Part shown: piece by piece, positions 1-12,545 of the stretch | How the letters are laid out: every line of letters starts with the position of its first letter | How positions within the stretch are numbered: position 1 is the first letter of the stretch | Source of the DNA: Takakia lepidozioides | Taxonomy: Eukaryota; Plantae; Bryophyta | Length of the DNA stretch: 64,000 nucleotides | Assembly: GCA_030704615.1 (NCBI GenBank) | Contig: CM060732.1 | Span: 15,872,001-15,936,000, forward strand | Direction of reading: 5' to 3' | The notes under the pieces: generated by a model | Told to the model about the DNA's origin: nothing | The model's database searches: none | Seen by the model: the letters and a program-made list of their open reading frames with translations, nothing else | Translations under genes and position numbers: made by a program

Positions 1-1060
1 AAAAATCCGAAAAAAGACAATTCCAAAAAGATAAATACTCGCCTCTCTCTGCAGGCAGTTCGAGAAGTCAGCAGCAAACAATGTTGTAATTTACAGTGTT
101 GCCAATATTTCGACTGGAGAAAAACACTCGTTATCCGGAACGCTTATTGGGGATCCTCTTACGACGAACGGAGAGAGCTCGGTTTTGATGTTCCCAAAAG
201 ACTTCATCAAATCGACGGGGTTTCGACAAAGGCCTACATAACCATTGAGGGCGTTGATGTGTGTGAGACAGCTTGGTGGACAATTCACGGAATCGGTCGT
301 TCAACCTACATGGAATACAAAAAACTAAGCAGAGAGGGTGTGGTTATATCGTTGCACGGGAATTCCAGAGTGAAACGGCCCCGTCCACAAACTCGTCAAG
401 CTGAAGGAAACTTAATGTCGATTATAAACGGAAATTCCGATCTCATGCCTCATAAGACCCATTGTATTGGAGACGGGCGGAGAGATACTCTTCGAGTTCT
501 GCCACCTGAACTAAACTGGAAAAAAATTCGTGAGGAGTGTAATGAGGTCAGTTCTTCTTCTTTTTACCACTTTCCGAATTCTATATTTTTTGGGACCTTC
601 CCTGTTTTGCTTCTACGCAATGTATCAGACCTCTCACTATCAAAGCTCGGGCGATTGCACGAGGTTCATTTCCCCCTGTCTATCTTGCAGACGAATAAAA
701 TATGTGGGTTGAAGCCTATATCCCAAGCAGCCGTCAACAGAATCAGACAACGGATTTTTCCCAATGTCGAGGTTAGAAAAAGTGGTAGCACGTTTGCCAA
801 ATGCACAGACTGTGAGATGCTCAAAGACCTAATCAAGAAGTCGGTCAAACGTAGCGATGAGCAGGCCTCGCACAAGAAAGCACTTGAAAAGCACCTCAGG
901 CTTCAGGAATCTTGCAGGGGACTCTATCACAGCTAGAGGAATGAGTTAGCTATGATGCCGTCCGCGTTCCTCTGTATCATTCATGACAAGATGGATCATC
1001 GGAAAACAACTATTCCAAGGTTGCAGACGACGAACAAGATGGACTCCGGCTTAGGTCAGC
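1..1060 (+). pseudogene. Fragment of a putative Sola-like (DUF7869-type) DDD transposase, truncated by an LTR-like insertion at 1061
   Basis: ORF 259-936 continues past an in-frame TAG (probably TGG->TAG) to ~1060. Motifs FAKCTDC..H..QESCRGLY and LCIIHDKMDHRKTTIP match the CxxC..H..D.MD..K...P pattern. Probable GT-AG intron at 547-690. Confidence 0.45.
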
Positions 1061-2013
1061 TGTCGAGCGGCTTTTACTCACCCATCCCTTCGCTATCCGA
1101 GGTGGGAACTCCAAGATAGAAGAGTTGGAAATCTCTAAGCACTCAGCCCGCTCAGAACAATCAGTCATGACCTACAGCTAGTGTATCATGGGGGTGTTTC
1201 CTATTTGTACTCCTTCCCACATTCATGTTAGCGAGTTACCTTACTATCTGCAATTAAGTATCAGTTTGCTTCATAATTCTATCAAGTTCCATCCATTCAT
1301 TCCACAGCTTCACTCAGGTCTCTCTACACAGTGTGAGTATGAAGTATGTATCAGATTAATATCTATCAAGTATCAGGCTGAAGCCATGGTGTCTCTAATC
1401 TACTCTACATTACAATTCTACAGCTTGCATTCATCAAGTAACAACAGATCGTCACTTCTCCTACTCCGTGGTCTTCATCTTTCCACTCAGAGATGTGCTC
1501 TCCCCCCTATTTCCCAAGCCCTGATGCCAGAAGTCCCCCACCAAGAAGTGATCCCCCAAGAAGCGATCCCCCAGATGTCCCCGATTCTCGCTTTATCTAT
1601 TTACAAGCCGTTCTAACCGCTTTTCTAACTAACCGTTATCTCTGTAGTACACGTTCCTTTTTCAGATGTCGTTTCCCCACAGTCATTCCCTGCCAATGGT
1701 AACTGTTCCCCAGCTGTGCCGAGCTGTGACTGGCTGTATCAGGCTGTGGCGGGCTGTGACTGGCTGTATCGGGCTGTGTAGGGCTATGCGAAGCTGTGGC
1801 GGCTGTGTCGGGCTGTGACTGGTTGTGTCGGACTATGATGGACTGTGTCGGGCTGTGTCGGCTGTGACGGGCTGTGTTGGCTGTGACAGGCTGTGTTGGA
1901 CTGTGACGGGCTGTGACGGCTGTGTCGGGCTATGATGGACTGTGTCGGTCTTGTAAGCTACACCCATAGCTGGTCAATCACTTTATACCTGGGTAGTGTA
2001 GAGTGTATTGTCA
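1061..2013 (-). repeat. Probable 3' LTR of a minus-strand LTR retrotransposon
   Basis: Starts TGTCGAGC where the upstream ORF breaks and ends TATTGTCA, like the 14578-17146 LTR (TGACGAGC...TATTGTCA). A minus-strand purine tract (AGGGGGGAGA) lies at ~2030-2039. Partner LTR not visible. Confidence 0.45.
1705..1950. repeat. Degenerate 9-10 bp minisatellite (GGCTGTGTCG / GGCTGTGAC)
   Basis: About 25 tandem degenerate units, seen directly. Confidence 0.9.
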
Positions 2014-2188
2014 TAGCCAGTAAGGTTATCTCCCCCCTAAAGCCTGTTGCTGTCACCCCTAAGGCTCCTATTGGTCTCAGTCTGTGTAAAAATTAAGGGT
2101 ACCCCACAGATCCCGTAAAAGCGTCTAAGTCCCAAGCAGCCCTCTAACATTTACCCCTCCTCCTCTCAAAAAGCCGTGTCCTCACGGT

Positions 2189-5100
2189 TTACTGTTTGGG
2201 ATTAGCAAACCTTTGTGAGCGAACACCCTTCTGACGTTGAGAGTCTCGTGAAGGACTCCGTGTGTGAGCCCGTGTCCTGTCACTGGTTGAGAGAGATGAT
2301 TGAGCACTACCTGGAAATGTCAGTCCCTCCTTTGGCTGATATTGAGGTAATCGCTCAGGCATAGGAGACCCCCGTCGCTTCTTCTCTGCCATCTGAATTG
2401 CATAGTCCTCTACCATGTCAAAAGAGTCCGCTAAAGAACCAGTAGTATCAGAATCGTCTTCCCCCCTGAGGTGTTTTAACAGTCGAACTCTAACTGGAAT
2501 CCTCTGGGGCATACAATGTGGTCCCACCATGTCTGGAAGCTTAAACTGCAAAACTTGCTGTAAGCGCTGAATGGCAAAATTGGTGAAGACCCTGAACTCC
2601 TTGTCTGTCCAGGTGAGTGGTGTACCAATGACTTGTGAATTGTGCAAGTTTTTCCATGCCTCATGGCCCTTAAAGAAAATATTGTCAGGCCCAAATTTAT
2701 GTGTTGACAAATTGTTCCAGGCCTCATGAAACCATGAACGAATTTGAGAATCCTTTTGCATCATAACTTTTGCCTTATATAGGTACATATGAGGTGGCAC
2801 TGCAGGTAAGATCCAATGATCCCCACTGGAATAACTCAGAAAGCGCGATTGCATCTTCTGCTGTTCAATGTGATAACGTGCCAGAAAACAAGCAGCGTAG
2901 TATAGCCCGCAACCCATGACAATACTTGCTACCTCCTGGTCTTGGTATAAATGAATCCATGTACAACTTGGAAGGCAATCAATTCCTTCAACATGGTACT
3001 TGCCTCATGCCAGTACCTCGCAAAGTGATGGTCCTCAATGGGTCGATTGTTCGGAAGAACCTTAGTCCTAGTTGCCACTGGCAGCCAAATGCGCATGATC
3101 TGGTAGTAATGTGCCAACGATTGCGGAGGGCTAAATTCCTTCCAAGCCAAATCCAACACAATGGGAATTTGGTTGAAGGGCATAATCATAGCCCGACTGT
3201 ACTCCCGTGCAGCAGGAGTTTTAGGTGGGTTAAAAGCAGCATCCCCCCATACCTCAGGCTGTGGCGGCTGTGGTGTGGCTGTAGGAACAACAAGGTTAGC
3301 TACTGGCACAGTCACTTGTTGTGGTATTAGTAGCACTGGCTCTTGTACCACTGGCATCTCCTGCAACCCCTGCGAGGAGACTGAAAGCTAGAGTTCTGGC
3401 TTGTAAATAAGAAGCCATCAGCTGCTCCTCAGATACAAAGACTCTATTGCGATATTTGAAGTGAGGTCCTCCACCTGAGTCTGCAGGCCGTCTACATCCT
3501 CCTGTAACTCCGCTATCCTACTATAGACATTGTCTATAGTAGTTGTGGCAATGTTCTGCACCTGCAGTCTGAGCTCATTCATCTCGCCTTGGGTGAGCTT
3601 CCGTGGTGCTTTGCCTTCCATCGGTCCTTGTGCTAACCAGACTCGCAGAAGGTGGTTATCCACCAAGTTGGTTGTGGTACCTCTGAGAGTCTGCTCCTCT
3701 CTGAGTTTGTACATATCTAACTGCTGCTGTAAAGCCTCCATGCGCTTTGCTGAGGTTCAACCAAACTCGCATAGGCAGCAAGCAGATTATTGGCTTCCTT
3801 CCAAGCCTTGTTAGTGACAGAGAGTTCATTTCTTATTGGCCATGACCGTTTGTTGCAATTCCAGGATGTACCTCTCTTGGTCAGCTTCAACTTGCATGTA
3901 TTGCTTGAAAGTATTCTCATTGCGACAGATTGTATTCTTCATATCAATAATGAGTTTGTCTGCTCGACATTATCTGCCTGTGCCTTTATACAACTTTCCG
4001 CTTGGATGTTAACTTCTAAGTAGTTGCTCAAGCGTAGTTGGAGTGTAACACATTGTATGGCCATCTGTCATGCACTGTCTGCAACTCCGTATGTAGTGCA
4101 TTCACTTCTTGCAACTTGTTCTCATGCTTCATTTGCATTTGGTATAGCTGTGCTTATGTGCTTCGTGCAAACGGTCCTGCGCGAGGCCTGCTTCAATCAA
4201 ATGTTCCTTGGCCCACTGCAAAGCAGCTGTTGTATCCTCTAACTCTTGTTGTTATTTGAGAGTGACCTCCTCATCAACTTTGTTTGCACACTCAGTGGCA
4301 AGTCGAGCCCTCAAACTCCTCCGGAGTTCCTCCCTCAAAGTGCCAATTGGGTAGTTGGAACATGGGATTTGACATAAGTGCCCAAACAAAATAAGGGTCT
4401 GGTTATGGGGAACTCAGAAGCATGGCTGTTGAGGGTCATCATGGTGAGTTTGCTGCTGTTCTCCCTGATCTCAACAGTGTGTGATGCCTCACGAAAATTC
4501 AGGCCATTGCCCCAACAGATTTCTTCCTGAACCACCTCATTCGCTACAGGTGTGCAGTGTCTTGACATTCTACCTGTGGTAACTCGTAAGAGGTGTGGGG
4601 TATTACAACAACAGCAGGGTTTCCACGGAGAACCGCTGCACCTCGGAATCACTATTTCCCTGACCAAACCAGAATTTTTATAGAGAAGGTCCCCTTCTCA
4701 ATTCTGCCACCACCTGTTCTGTAGTGGGGATATCTAACCATTTTTCTCCAAATCAATTATTTGTGGTGGAACTGCAGGGACAACTTGTGGTAACTCTGTG
4801 ACAAGCGATCATTTGGCTGTGATACTGAAGTAGTAACCTCCTGTTCTCTCTCCAAAAGTGCGTTGTAGGTACCCACATCTCTCTGTGCTGTGTGCACCCC
4901 TTTGCACAAGAGTATGAATAACTTCTCCTCTGGTTGTATCGTAGCCAATGGTTCTGCTTCTAATGTGAGGCTTTCTATGCCTCTTAGGCTGTGATGCTAT
5001 GCCAATCCCCCTTCACCCTATGAAGAAAACTTGCTCTTCTATGGAAGTGGTTGCTGTCTCAAACACTCTCATCTCCTTCCTTTCTCTCGCATCAAGTATG

Positions 5101-5575
5101 CACGAGTCTAGAATAATTTGTGCAATGATTGGCCACAGACATATGATAGGAGACTTTTGCGGCAGGTCTTGTAATCTCTCATCTCCTCTACCAGTCCGTT
5201 GTACATTATGTCCGCCCTGCTACCTCTTCTCCTCTCAGGGCTTTGAGTATTCCTCTGTGAAGGATTTGCTCAAATACTGTTGGTTCGGTTTCATGGCAAA
5301 CAGAACGTTCAATACCTGGCCTACCTCCCTTAGCCCTGGGTACATGGCCTTGGTACAAGCATAACCTGAGTCTTAAAGAAACTCCCTTCTTGGAATAAGT
5401 CCCCTATTTGCAGTCTTGCCCTGTGCTCCTCCACATGCACCTGACCTGATGGCAATTCAAACAATTCTGTAGGTATAGGGAGTAGTAATTCTAATTCAAC
5501 TCCCTTCACCATTGTTGCTCTTGTCCTAGCCTCAACATTTTGCAAGAATTGTAACATGTACTGCCTATGGGGCAA
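2189..5575 (-). pseudogene. Broken long ORF(s) of unknown function, partly coiled-coil; probably an extra 3' ORF of the LTR element
   Basis: Chain of co-oriented minus-strand ORFs (5330-5575, 4757-4948, 3418-3741, 2929-3366, 2189-2917) split by single stops or frameshifts. No gag/pol motifs recognised. Confidence 0.35.
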
Positions 5576-6558
5576 TGTCCAATTTGCCTTGCAATCCTTC
5601 TAATCGTAGCTCCTTCAGTAACTGTACGTCTGTGGAGTAGCAATCGTTGTTTAGGCAGGATTGTGGTGCTCTTCGCCCTGATTTCTTCATTCCTTCACTC
5701 TCTTCATTCTAGACCACAGAAAGGTTTGTGTTGTGATGAGTAACAATATGAAGAATGCCTGCAGGCACAAAGCATAAACGTATTGGTTGCCACAAAATGC
5801 TATGGGTAATTCTTGTAAGCCTACGGGGCTTGCAATCATCGATTAAGAGAAAAGATACTCTATGGGCTTCTATCCCCGTGCAACGCGTAAGTAGTATCGC
5901 GAGCGTATAGTCTGTTAGTCCTCCATAGCTTCAAAGCTATAGCATGATGGTCTGTCCGTCGCGACGCCCGTTACTTGGAACGACGCCGACTTCTTGCGCT
6001 TAAAATCCCTCCACTCTGAGCTGTCCACTAGGATGAACTGTGACGGGATTCGCTTTTTGGTACTTTTAAAAGGTTCCGGTACCCGTTCCATGTATGCATT
6101 AATGGGCCCATAATAAGTTAAGGTGCGGGTAGGTACTTTGACGGCCAAGTTTGTCTTCTCCTTGATGACTCTCGCCTTTGCAATTCATGTCCGGCTGTGT
6201 TCTCGCCCTGGCGTCCACGTGCCATTATAATGTGCCTCCGTCCACTTTCCGCCGGCCATGTCGGAGGTAACCCAGTCCACCTATCACGGATCCTATGGAC
6301 TGTTGTACCCCAGTAACGCGTGTTGAGCTGTGACAGGAGTGTGTCCATAATGTTGGTTGATGTGATAGGATGAGGGTGTAGCAAGTGGTAAGATGTGATA
6401 GGATAGGTGTGACACCGTGTGATTGTGGGTGAGGGCGTGTAGAAGCTGTGAACATGTGATGGGCGGTGCTTGTGATAGGATGGGCTGTGATAGGTGTAGC
6501 GCAGTAGATGTGCAGTGGTTGTGATGGTTGTTGTTGGGGTGGTGATAGGCTGGGACAA

Positions 6559-7058
6559 NNNNNNNNNNNNNNNNNNNNNNNNNNNNNNNNNNNNNNNNNN
6601 NNNNNNNNNNNNNNNNNNNNNNNNNNNNNNNNNNNNNNNNNNNNNNNNNNNNNNNNNNNNNNNNNNNNNNNNNNNNNNNNNNNNNNNNNNNNNNNNNNNN
6701 NNNNNNNNNNNNNNNNNNNNNNNNNNNNNNNNNNNNNNNNNNNNNNNNNNNNNNNNNNNNNNNNNNNNNNNNNNNNNNNNNNNNNNNNNNNNNNNNNNNN
6801 NNNNNNNNNNNNNNNNNNNNNNNNNNNNNNNNNNNNNNNNNNNNNNNNNNNNNNNNNNNNNNNNNNNNNNNNNNNNNNNNNNNNNNNNNNNNNNNNNNNN
6901 NNNNNNNNNNNNNNNNNNNNNNNNNNNNNNNNNNNNNNNNNNNNNNNNNNNNNNNNNNNNNNNNNNNNNNNNNNNNNNNNNNNNNNNNNNNNNNNNNNNN
7001 NNNNNNNNNNNNNNNNNNNNNNNNNNNNNNNNNNNNNNNNNNNNNNNNNNNNNNNNNN
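6559..7058. other. Assembly gap (500 N)
   Basis: Run of N; adjacency across it is not established. Confidence 1.
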
Positions 7059-7912
7059 GGAAAGAGTTCTTGGGGGAGTTTCAGGCTTTGTGTGATAAAG
7101 CCTTGATAGACCACCGTACCACTTCTCGGGATCATCCTGAGGCCGATGGCTTAGCAGAGAGAGTTGTTCAGACGGTGAAGAGGGGTTTGCGCAAGTATGG
7201 CTTGCAGAAGGGACACCTAGGAGATTGGGATCTTCAGGTTCCTTGGTTAGCCATGGGCTACAGGTTCAGCAAGCAAGCATCACTTGCCTCCTTCTCACCA
7301 TATTTCCTTCTCTTTGGCCGAGAGCCGGATTTGCCTGCAGCCATTCGTAGGGACACTGCTCAAGTCCTTAACCTTGACGATCCGGACGTGTGGGTACGTG
7401 CATGTGATCAGCGTGCAGAGTTGTTCAAGAAAGTCATGCCCATGGCTTTTGAGAACCTTGCCATTGCACAGCACCGTGATACGTTGAGGTATGCCACTAT
7501 ACGTGGTGGAGGATATCGTCCTGGGGTTCGGAGGTTTAGCCCTGGTGACTATGTTTATTTGCAGCAGACTGCTCCTACGACTCTGGATGTTACTGCAGGG
7601 CGTGTTATTCTGAGGGTTCGAGAGGTGTTGCCCTCAGGGGTCCTGATCTTGGAGGGTCGGGATGGCATGACTTGGAAGGACCATGTGCGTAATTGTGCGC
7701 CATGTCACCTTCCCAATGTCGATGGCAGAGTTGACCCAAACTTGGCAGTGGTACCTGCAGGTTTGAGGTGCATGCTCTGTGGGTCTGCCAAAGGGGCAGC
7801 CACCATGCTGGTGTGTGATCGATGCTCAAGGGGTTGGCATATGGGATGCTTGACACCACCTCTTGAGAAGGTTCCTGACGGAGATTGGTTGTGTCCACAC
7901 TGCTTGGGATAG
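7059..7912 (+). CDS. pol: Gypsy-type integrase C-terminal part fused to a PHD finger (copy 1, open frame)
   Basis: HPEADGLAERVVQTVK (catalytic E) and FSPYFLLFGRE, then C4HC3 PHD CMLC..MLVCDRCSRGWHMGCLTPPLEKVPDGDWLCPHC. Homologous to ~27445-28297. Confidence 0.9.
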
Positions 7913-8172
7913 TGGCAGTGGACATGACTGGAGGCAGCTAACAAGACATGGGAGGCCAAGCTCATAGGAGTCAATACATGAGATCCCAAGCTCAAGTTCA
8001 CAGGTTGCAAGACGGTGACTAACGATGGGGCAACTCTTGCACCCGGCCTCTTGATCTATCGAGTTTGAGTGTAGTAGGGATAGTGGTGGAGGACTTAGTG
8101 AGGCTATGGTCACTATCACATCTTGTGGCTACCTGGACTTAGAGGGACCTAAGCACCAGCTAGGGGGGCGAT

Positions 8173-8879
8173 TGTGTGGACTAGTGACTGCCATAGTGGG
8201 CAGCGTAGTGGCAGCCTAGTGACTGACTAGTTGTAGCCTAGTGGTTGGACTAGTGGCTGGACTAGTGGTAGACTAGTGGTATACTAGTGTGTGGTGTGCA
8301 CATGTGTTGTGTGGTTTTGGACAGCGATGTAGTTGTGTAGCGATATGTATGCGCACGACAGCTGTCAAGTTATTTTACCACTAGTGTGAAACTAGCTAGG
8401 AAATAGCTAGCTTTTACATATTGACATTTGGGATTGGCCCAAGTGTCAATCCAGGGGTCAAAGCAGATTTAGGCCCTGGAGTGGTTATCTTCACGGCAAG
8501 CGCGGGAGGCTCATCTTTCTCGAGTTGAGCCTCACCGCGCCTAGCTATGGCGCCGTAGTGTGGATTCCCCATGGCGTGGGGTGCACTTGGCTTGACTTGT
8601 ATTTGAGTGATGAGGTTATATATGCATGAGTTTATGCTTCAGCTTTGTGAGCTCGCATGAGCTTGTGCTTGTATTCTTCTTCTTTATCTATTGTGTGGAC
8701 TAGTGACTGCCATAGTGGGCAGCGTAGTGGCAGCCTAGTGACTGACTAGTTGTAGCCTAGTGGTTGGACTAGTGGCTGGACTAGTGGTAGACTAGTGGTA
8801 TACTAGTGTGTGGTGTGCACATGTGTTGTGTGGTTTTGGACAGCGATGTAGTTGTGTAGCGATATGTATGCGCACGACA
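8173..8879 (+). repeat. 3' terminal structure B1(8173-8360)-GC-A2(8363-8691)-B2(8692-8879) of the DNMT/PHD element, copy 1
   Basis: PPT TAGGGGGGCGA at 8161-8171. Two apparently identical 188-bp repeats TGTGTGGAC...GCACGACA flank a segment homologous to the 5' end of copy 2 (19800-~20050). The unrelated ParB-family ORF resumes at 8880. Confidence 0.85.
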
Positions 8880-11300
8880 GGGTCCTTGGGATCAACCACC
8901 CCCTTGTTCTTTCTCACGGATCCCCTACCATGCGGTGGAGTCTGCTGGACATGCACCACTGGGCCAATATCTGCAACACTTCCCTGCCCTTGTGCCACCT
9001 TCCCTCTACCCCTTCCTTTCCCCACAACACCAGCAACATCTTTTCCCTTTGCCTTTCTACCTCTACCCGGGGTATCCTGAGCGGGAGGCTCCTTCTCTGC
9101 AAGAGTCCTCAAATTTCGTTCATGAATGTCGAGGTCGGCTGCTGCGGCAGTGGCTGCAATATGCTCATTCTCTCTCCTCAAAAACACCTCCGGAGCTGGG
9201 GTCTCAGAAGGAGAGCAATCCAAATACCAACCATAAGAAGAAAGATGGTCTGGGCCCCAGTCATGCAAGATCCCAGTAGTAAACATGGTCTGGTTGCCAG
9301 CAGGGACAAGCCAAAGGTCCACGAAATCTGGATGTTTGTCTAAGCAATTCTCTTCCATGAGAACAAACTTTATGTACCTGCAGGAACAGAGACAGCCTCA
9401 TTATGCAATGCAATTATTGTCTCTCAGCTTTTCCGTAACACTAGGAAGACCCCCTTAAACTGTATGCGTCACAGTACATTGCAACCACAACACACTAAGT
9501 AGCCTGAACGGCCCAGGGTGTGCACCTGTAAAGGCATCGTTTCCAAGCTTCCTCTCCTTTTTCTTGCTGGTCAAGGTCATGTGTTCGACTGATGCCACCC
9601 TCCTTGCTGAACTCTCTAAAGAAACAAGAGTGCCACATTGTGGCTCTCCATTTCCTCATGTATGCTTCGAAGGAGACCTTCGGTGCTGTCATAGTGATGC
9701 CATAGTCAGCCAGCTGAGTATGCAGAACCGACCGTGCCCTTTCTTCCAACTGCAAAACAATTCAAATGCAAGAATGAACCCAAAAACAATCACAACGAAT
9801 GTGAGAGGCAATGGAAAGAGAAGGACAGGAAAAGAGAAAAGAAAGTGACACAGGAAATGACATCACACCTGGCTCCAGTAAGTGGCCTTGTGAAGCCATG
9901 TGTCCAGCACATTGTCACTGACAGGAATGACACGCTGGGTCTTCTTCTCTTTCTCCGGCCTGGGGAACATGTGGGTATCCCTAACTGTGGGATCGGAGTT
10001 CCATATCTGTAGCCACTTCACCTTCTCTTCTGAAGACACAACGGCGGTAGACAACCTGTGCAACTTCTCCTGGGCCATCTCTGGCTTGCCTGGCTTGTTA
10101 TAATGGTTTTTTTTTTTTTTAATCTCCAAGAGAAACTGCGATCCGAATGATGGGTCGGCAATTCTCAACTGCTTCACAAAAGCACTCATTATAGTCCTTC
10201 TTGTAGCGGTCATCTCTTTCTGGATGTGACCCTCAACCCCCTTTGTTGTCCTTCTCTCCTCAGGGGTTGACCTGTAGTATTCCAGTTTGCCACGCTCCCC
10301 TGCATCTGCAATGTCTTGCTGCAAGGGAATGCACGAGAGTTGAATCAACCCAAGGGCAAGGGAAACAAATAGAAACAAACATGTGGAAGCAGGAATATGG
10401 AAAGGGCAGATGAAGGAAGATGTATCTCACCGTGTACATGTACTCCATGAAAGCCTCACGTGTCAACGAGTACCACGTTTCCGATGTCTTGGAGATTTCG
10501 CACTTCTTGTACGTCTCTGCTGAAAGGATGGTCTTGAAGTTGGTCAAGGGCATCTGCCCGATCCTTTGTATCCTATACAGTGTGTGAACCAGACTCGTTT
10601 TGACATGCGATGTCTCCGTTCCTCTGCAGAATGATATCTGAAAGTCAGAATGAAATTCAAGGACTTTAATCAAAGAACCACGGAACTACAAGTGGAACAT
10701 GTAGAATGAGAAACCAACTTGTTCACATCATTCATTGCCGTCAGAAGACCCATCATGTTCCCCTCACAATCCAGCACCATCGATCGAACAGAGTAATGTC
10801 ACTCTTCCTCCTGTGAGTGTAGCCTCCCAATGACAGCCATCCATGCAAGCAACCGGTGGTTCCCATCCCAAACGTGAAACATCTTCCCCGAGAATGCCTG
10901 GGTGGAAGGTTTCCTGGAGAGAAGAAGTTCGAAGGATTCGTTCACCTGTCTCCAAATAGGATCCCAGGAGTCCACGATTGACTCATCCACAAGGAGCTCA
11001 TTGCCTCTGGAATCCCTAGTACAAACGTAAAACACTGCGGATCCATCCAAATACCCATGAACAAACTCGGCCTCCAGCTTGAGAATGTCCTTGATGAGGG
11101 GTGGACGAACGACGGGCATGGAAACCATCCTACACAGGGGAATCTTCAACCTCCCACCCGGGGCAAGCATACTTTGCACCACAAGCTGAGAGTTTACCTT
11201 CTGACCCCCCAGCATCTCAGCGGCTTTGCTTTCATAGAACTCATCGTCAACATCAACAATGATCTCCTTCCCCAGCCCCTAAGAAATCTCCTCCGCCACA
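8880..11300 (-). pseudogene. Divergent paralogue of the ParB-like/MTase cargo gene (N-terminal and middle exons), truncated by the PHD retroelement
   Basis: LKIPLCRMVSMPVVRP, KMFHVWDGNHRLLAW, EKLHRL..KWLQIWN and CLYR|YIKF align with 46.7-50.3 kb, including shared intron positions. Confidence 0.75.
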
Positions 11301-11389
11301 CTTTACATCTTCTCCTGCAGGGTTGTTCATTCAAATTGATATAAGAGTGAGGCATGGGACGATGGTGTTTGAGCATGGCAGACAGGCCA

Positions 11390-12362
11390 TGTGTGGAAGA
11401 AAATGTGAGCTCAAACAGTGTGAGTTGATGCACACTGTTTGAGCTGCAAGGTAAGTGTTCATTGAACCTCAAAGAGAAGCCATTAGTGGCCGATTTTCAG
11501 ATGAAAAAAACAAAGAAAATGTGAGCTCAAACAGTGTGCGTTAACGCACACTGTTTGAGCTGCAAGGTAAGTGTTCATTGAACCTCAGAGACATGCCCTA
11601 AGTGGCCGATTTTTAGATGAAAAAGACAAAGAAAAGGTGAGCTCAAATAGTGTGCGTTAACGCACACTGTTTGAGCTGCAAGGTAAGTGTTCATTGAACC
11701 TCAAAGAGAAGCCCTTAGTGGCCGATTTTCAGATGAAAAAAACAAAGAAAAGGTGAGCTCAAACAGTGTGCGTTGACGCACACTGTTTGAGCTGCCAGGT
11801 AAGTGTTCATTGAACCTCAGAGACATGCCCTGTATTGCCGAATTTCACAGGGAAAAAACAGTGACAAGGTGGGCTCAAACAGTGTGCATTGGCGCACATT
11901 GTTTGAGCTGCCAGGTAAGTGATGATTGATCCTCAAATACATACCCTATGTGGCCGATTTTCAGATGACAAAGGCAATGACAAGGTGAGCTCAAACAGTG
12001 TGCGTTGACGCACACTGTTTGAGCTCCCAAGATTGTGATGATTGATCCTCAAATACATGCCCTTTGTGGCCATTTCTCAGATGATAAAATAACTAGAAGG
12101 TGAGCTCAAACAGTGTGCATTGACACACACTGTTTGAGCTGCCAGGTAAGTGTTCATTGATCATCAAGTACATGCCCTTTGTGGCCCATTTTGAGATGAA
12201 AAAATCAATGAGAAGGTGAGCTCAAACAGTGTGCACCAACGCACACTGTTTGAGCTGCCAGATAAGTGTTCATTGATCCTCAGAGACATGCCCTATGTGA
12301 CCGATTTTCAAATGAAAAAGGCAATGAGAATGTTAGCTCAAACAGTGTGCACCAACGCACAG
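11390..12362. repeat. Tandem array of ~8.3 x 116-bp units, each with a 38-bp palindrome
   Basis: Unit starts at 11405, 11521, 11637, 11753, 11869, 11985, 12100, 12216 and 12332. Core AGCTCAAACAGTGTGCGTTAACGCACACTGTTTGAGCT is a perfect inverted repeat in the best copies. Confidence 0.95.
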
Positions 12363-12545
12363 GGCGCTCTCGGCATGAGAGGGAAGTGGGTCCCCTGCAA
12401 GCATCAATATTACATATACCTTGTAATTATGTGTTGCGACGGTAAGAGAGACCAATTCATTCACCAAGCCACACTAGGCTACGGAGAAGTCATCACCCTT
12501 CTGCAGCGGGACACCTCACGTAGGGCTCCGCCAAATTCTCTTTGA
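12363..12545 (+). pseudogene. C-terminal SWIM remnant of a MULE transposase
   Basis: GKWVPCKHQYYIYL...DQFIHQ matches KYDPCKHLYYIYL...DDFIHA at 39.1-39.2 kb. Confidence 0.65.

Noticed and set aside
6293-7135. ORFs spanning the N run
   Set aside because: Gap artefacts.
11390-12362. CRISPR-like look of palindromic repeats with spacers (also 43-45.8 kb)
   Set aside because: Spacers are copies of each other, there are no cas genes, and the context is eukaryotic.
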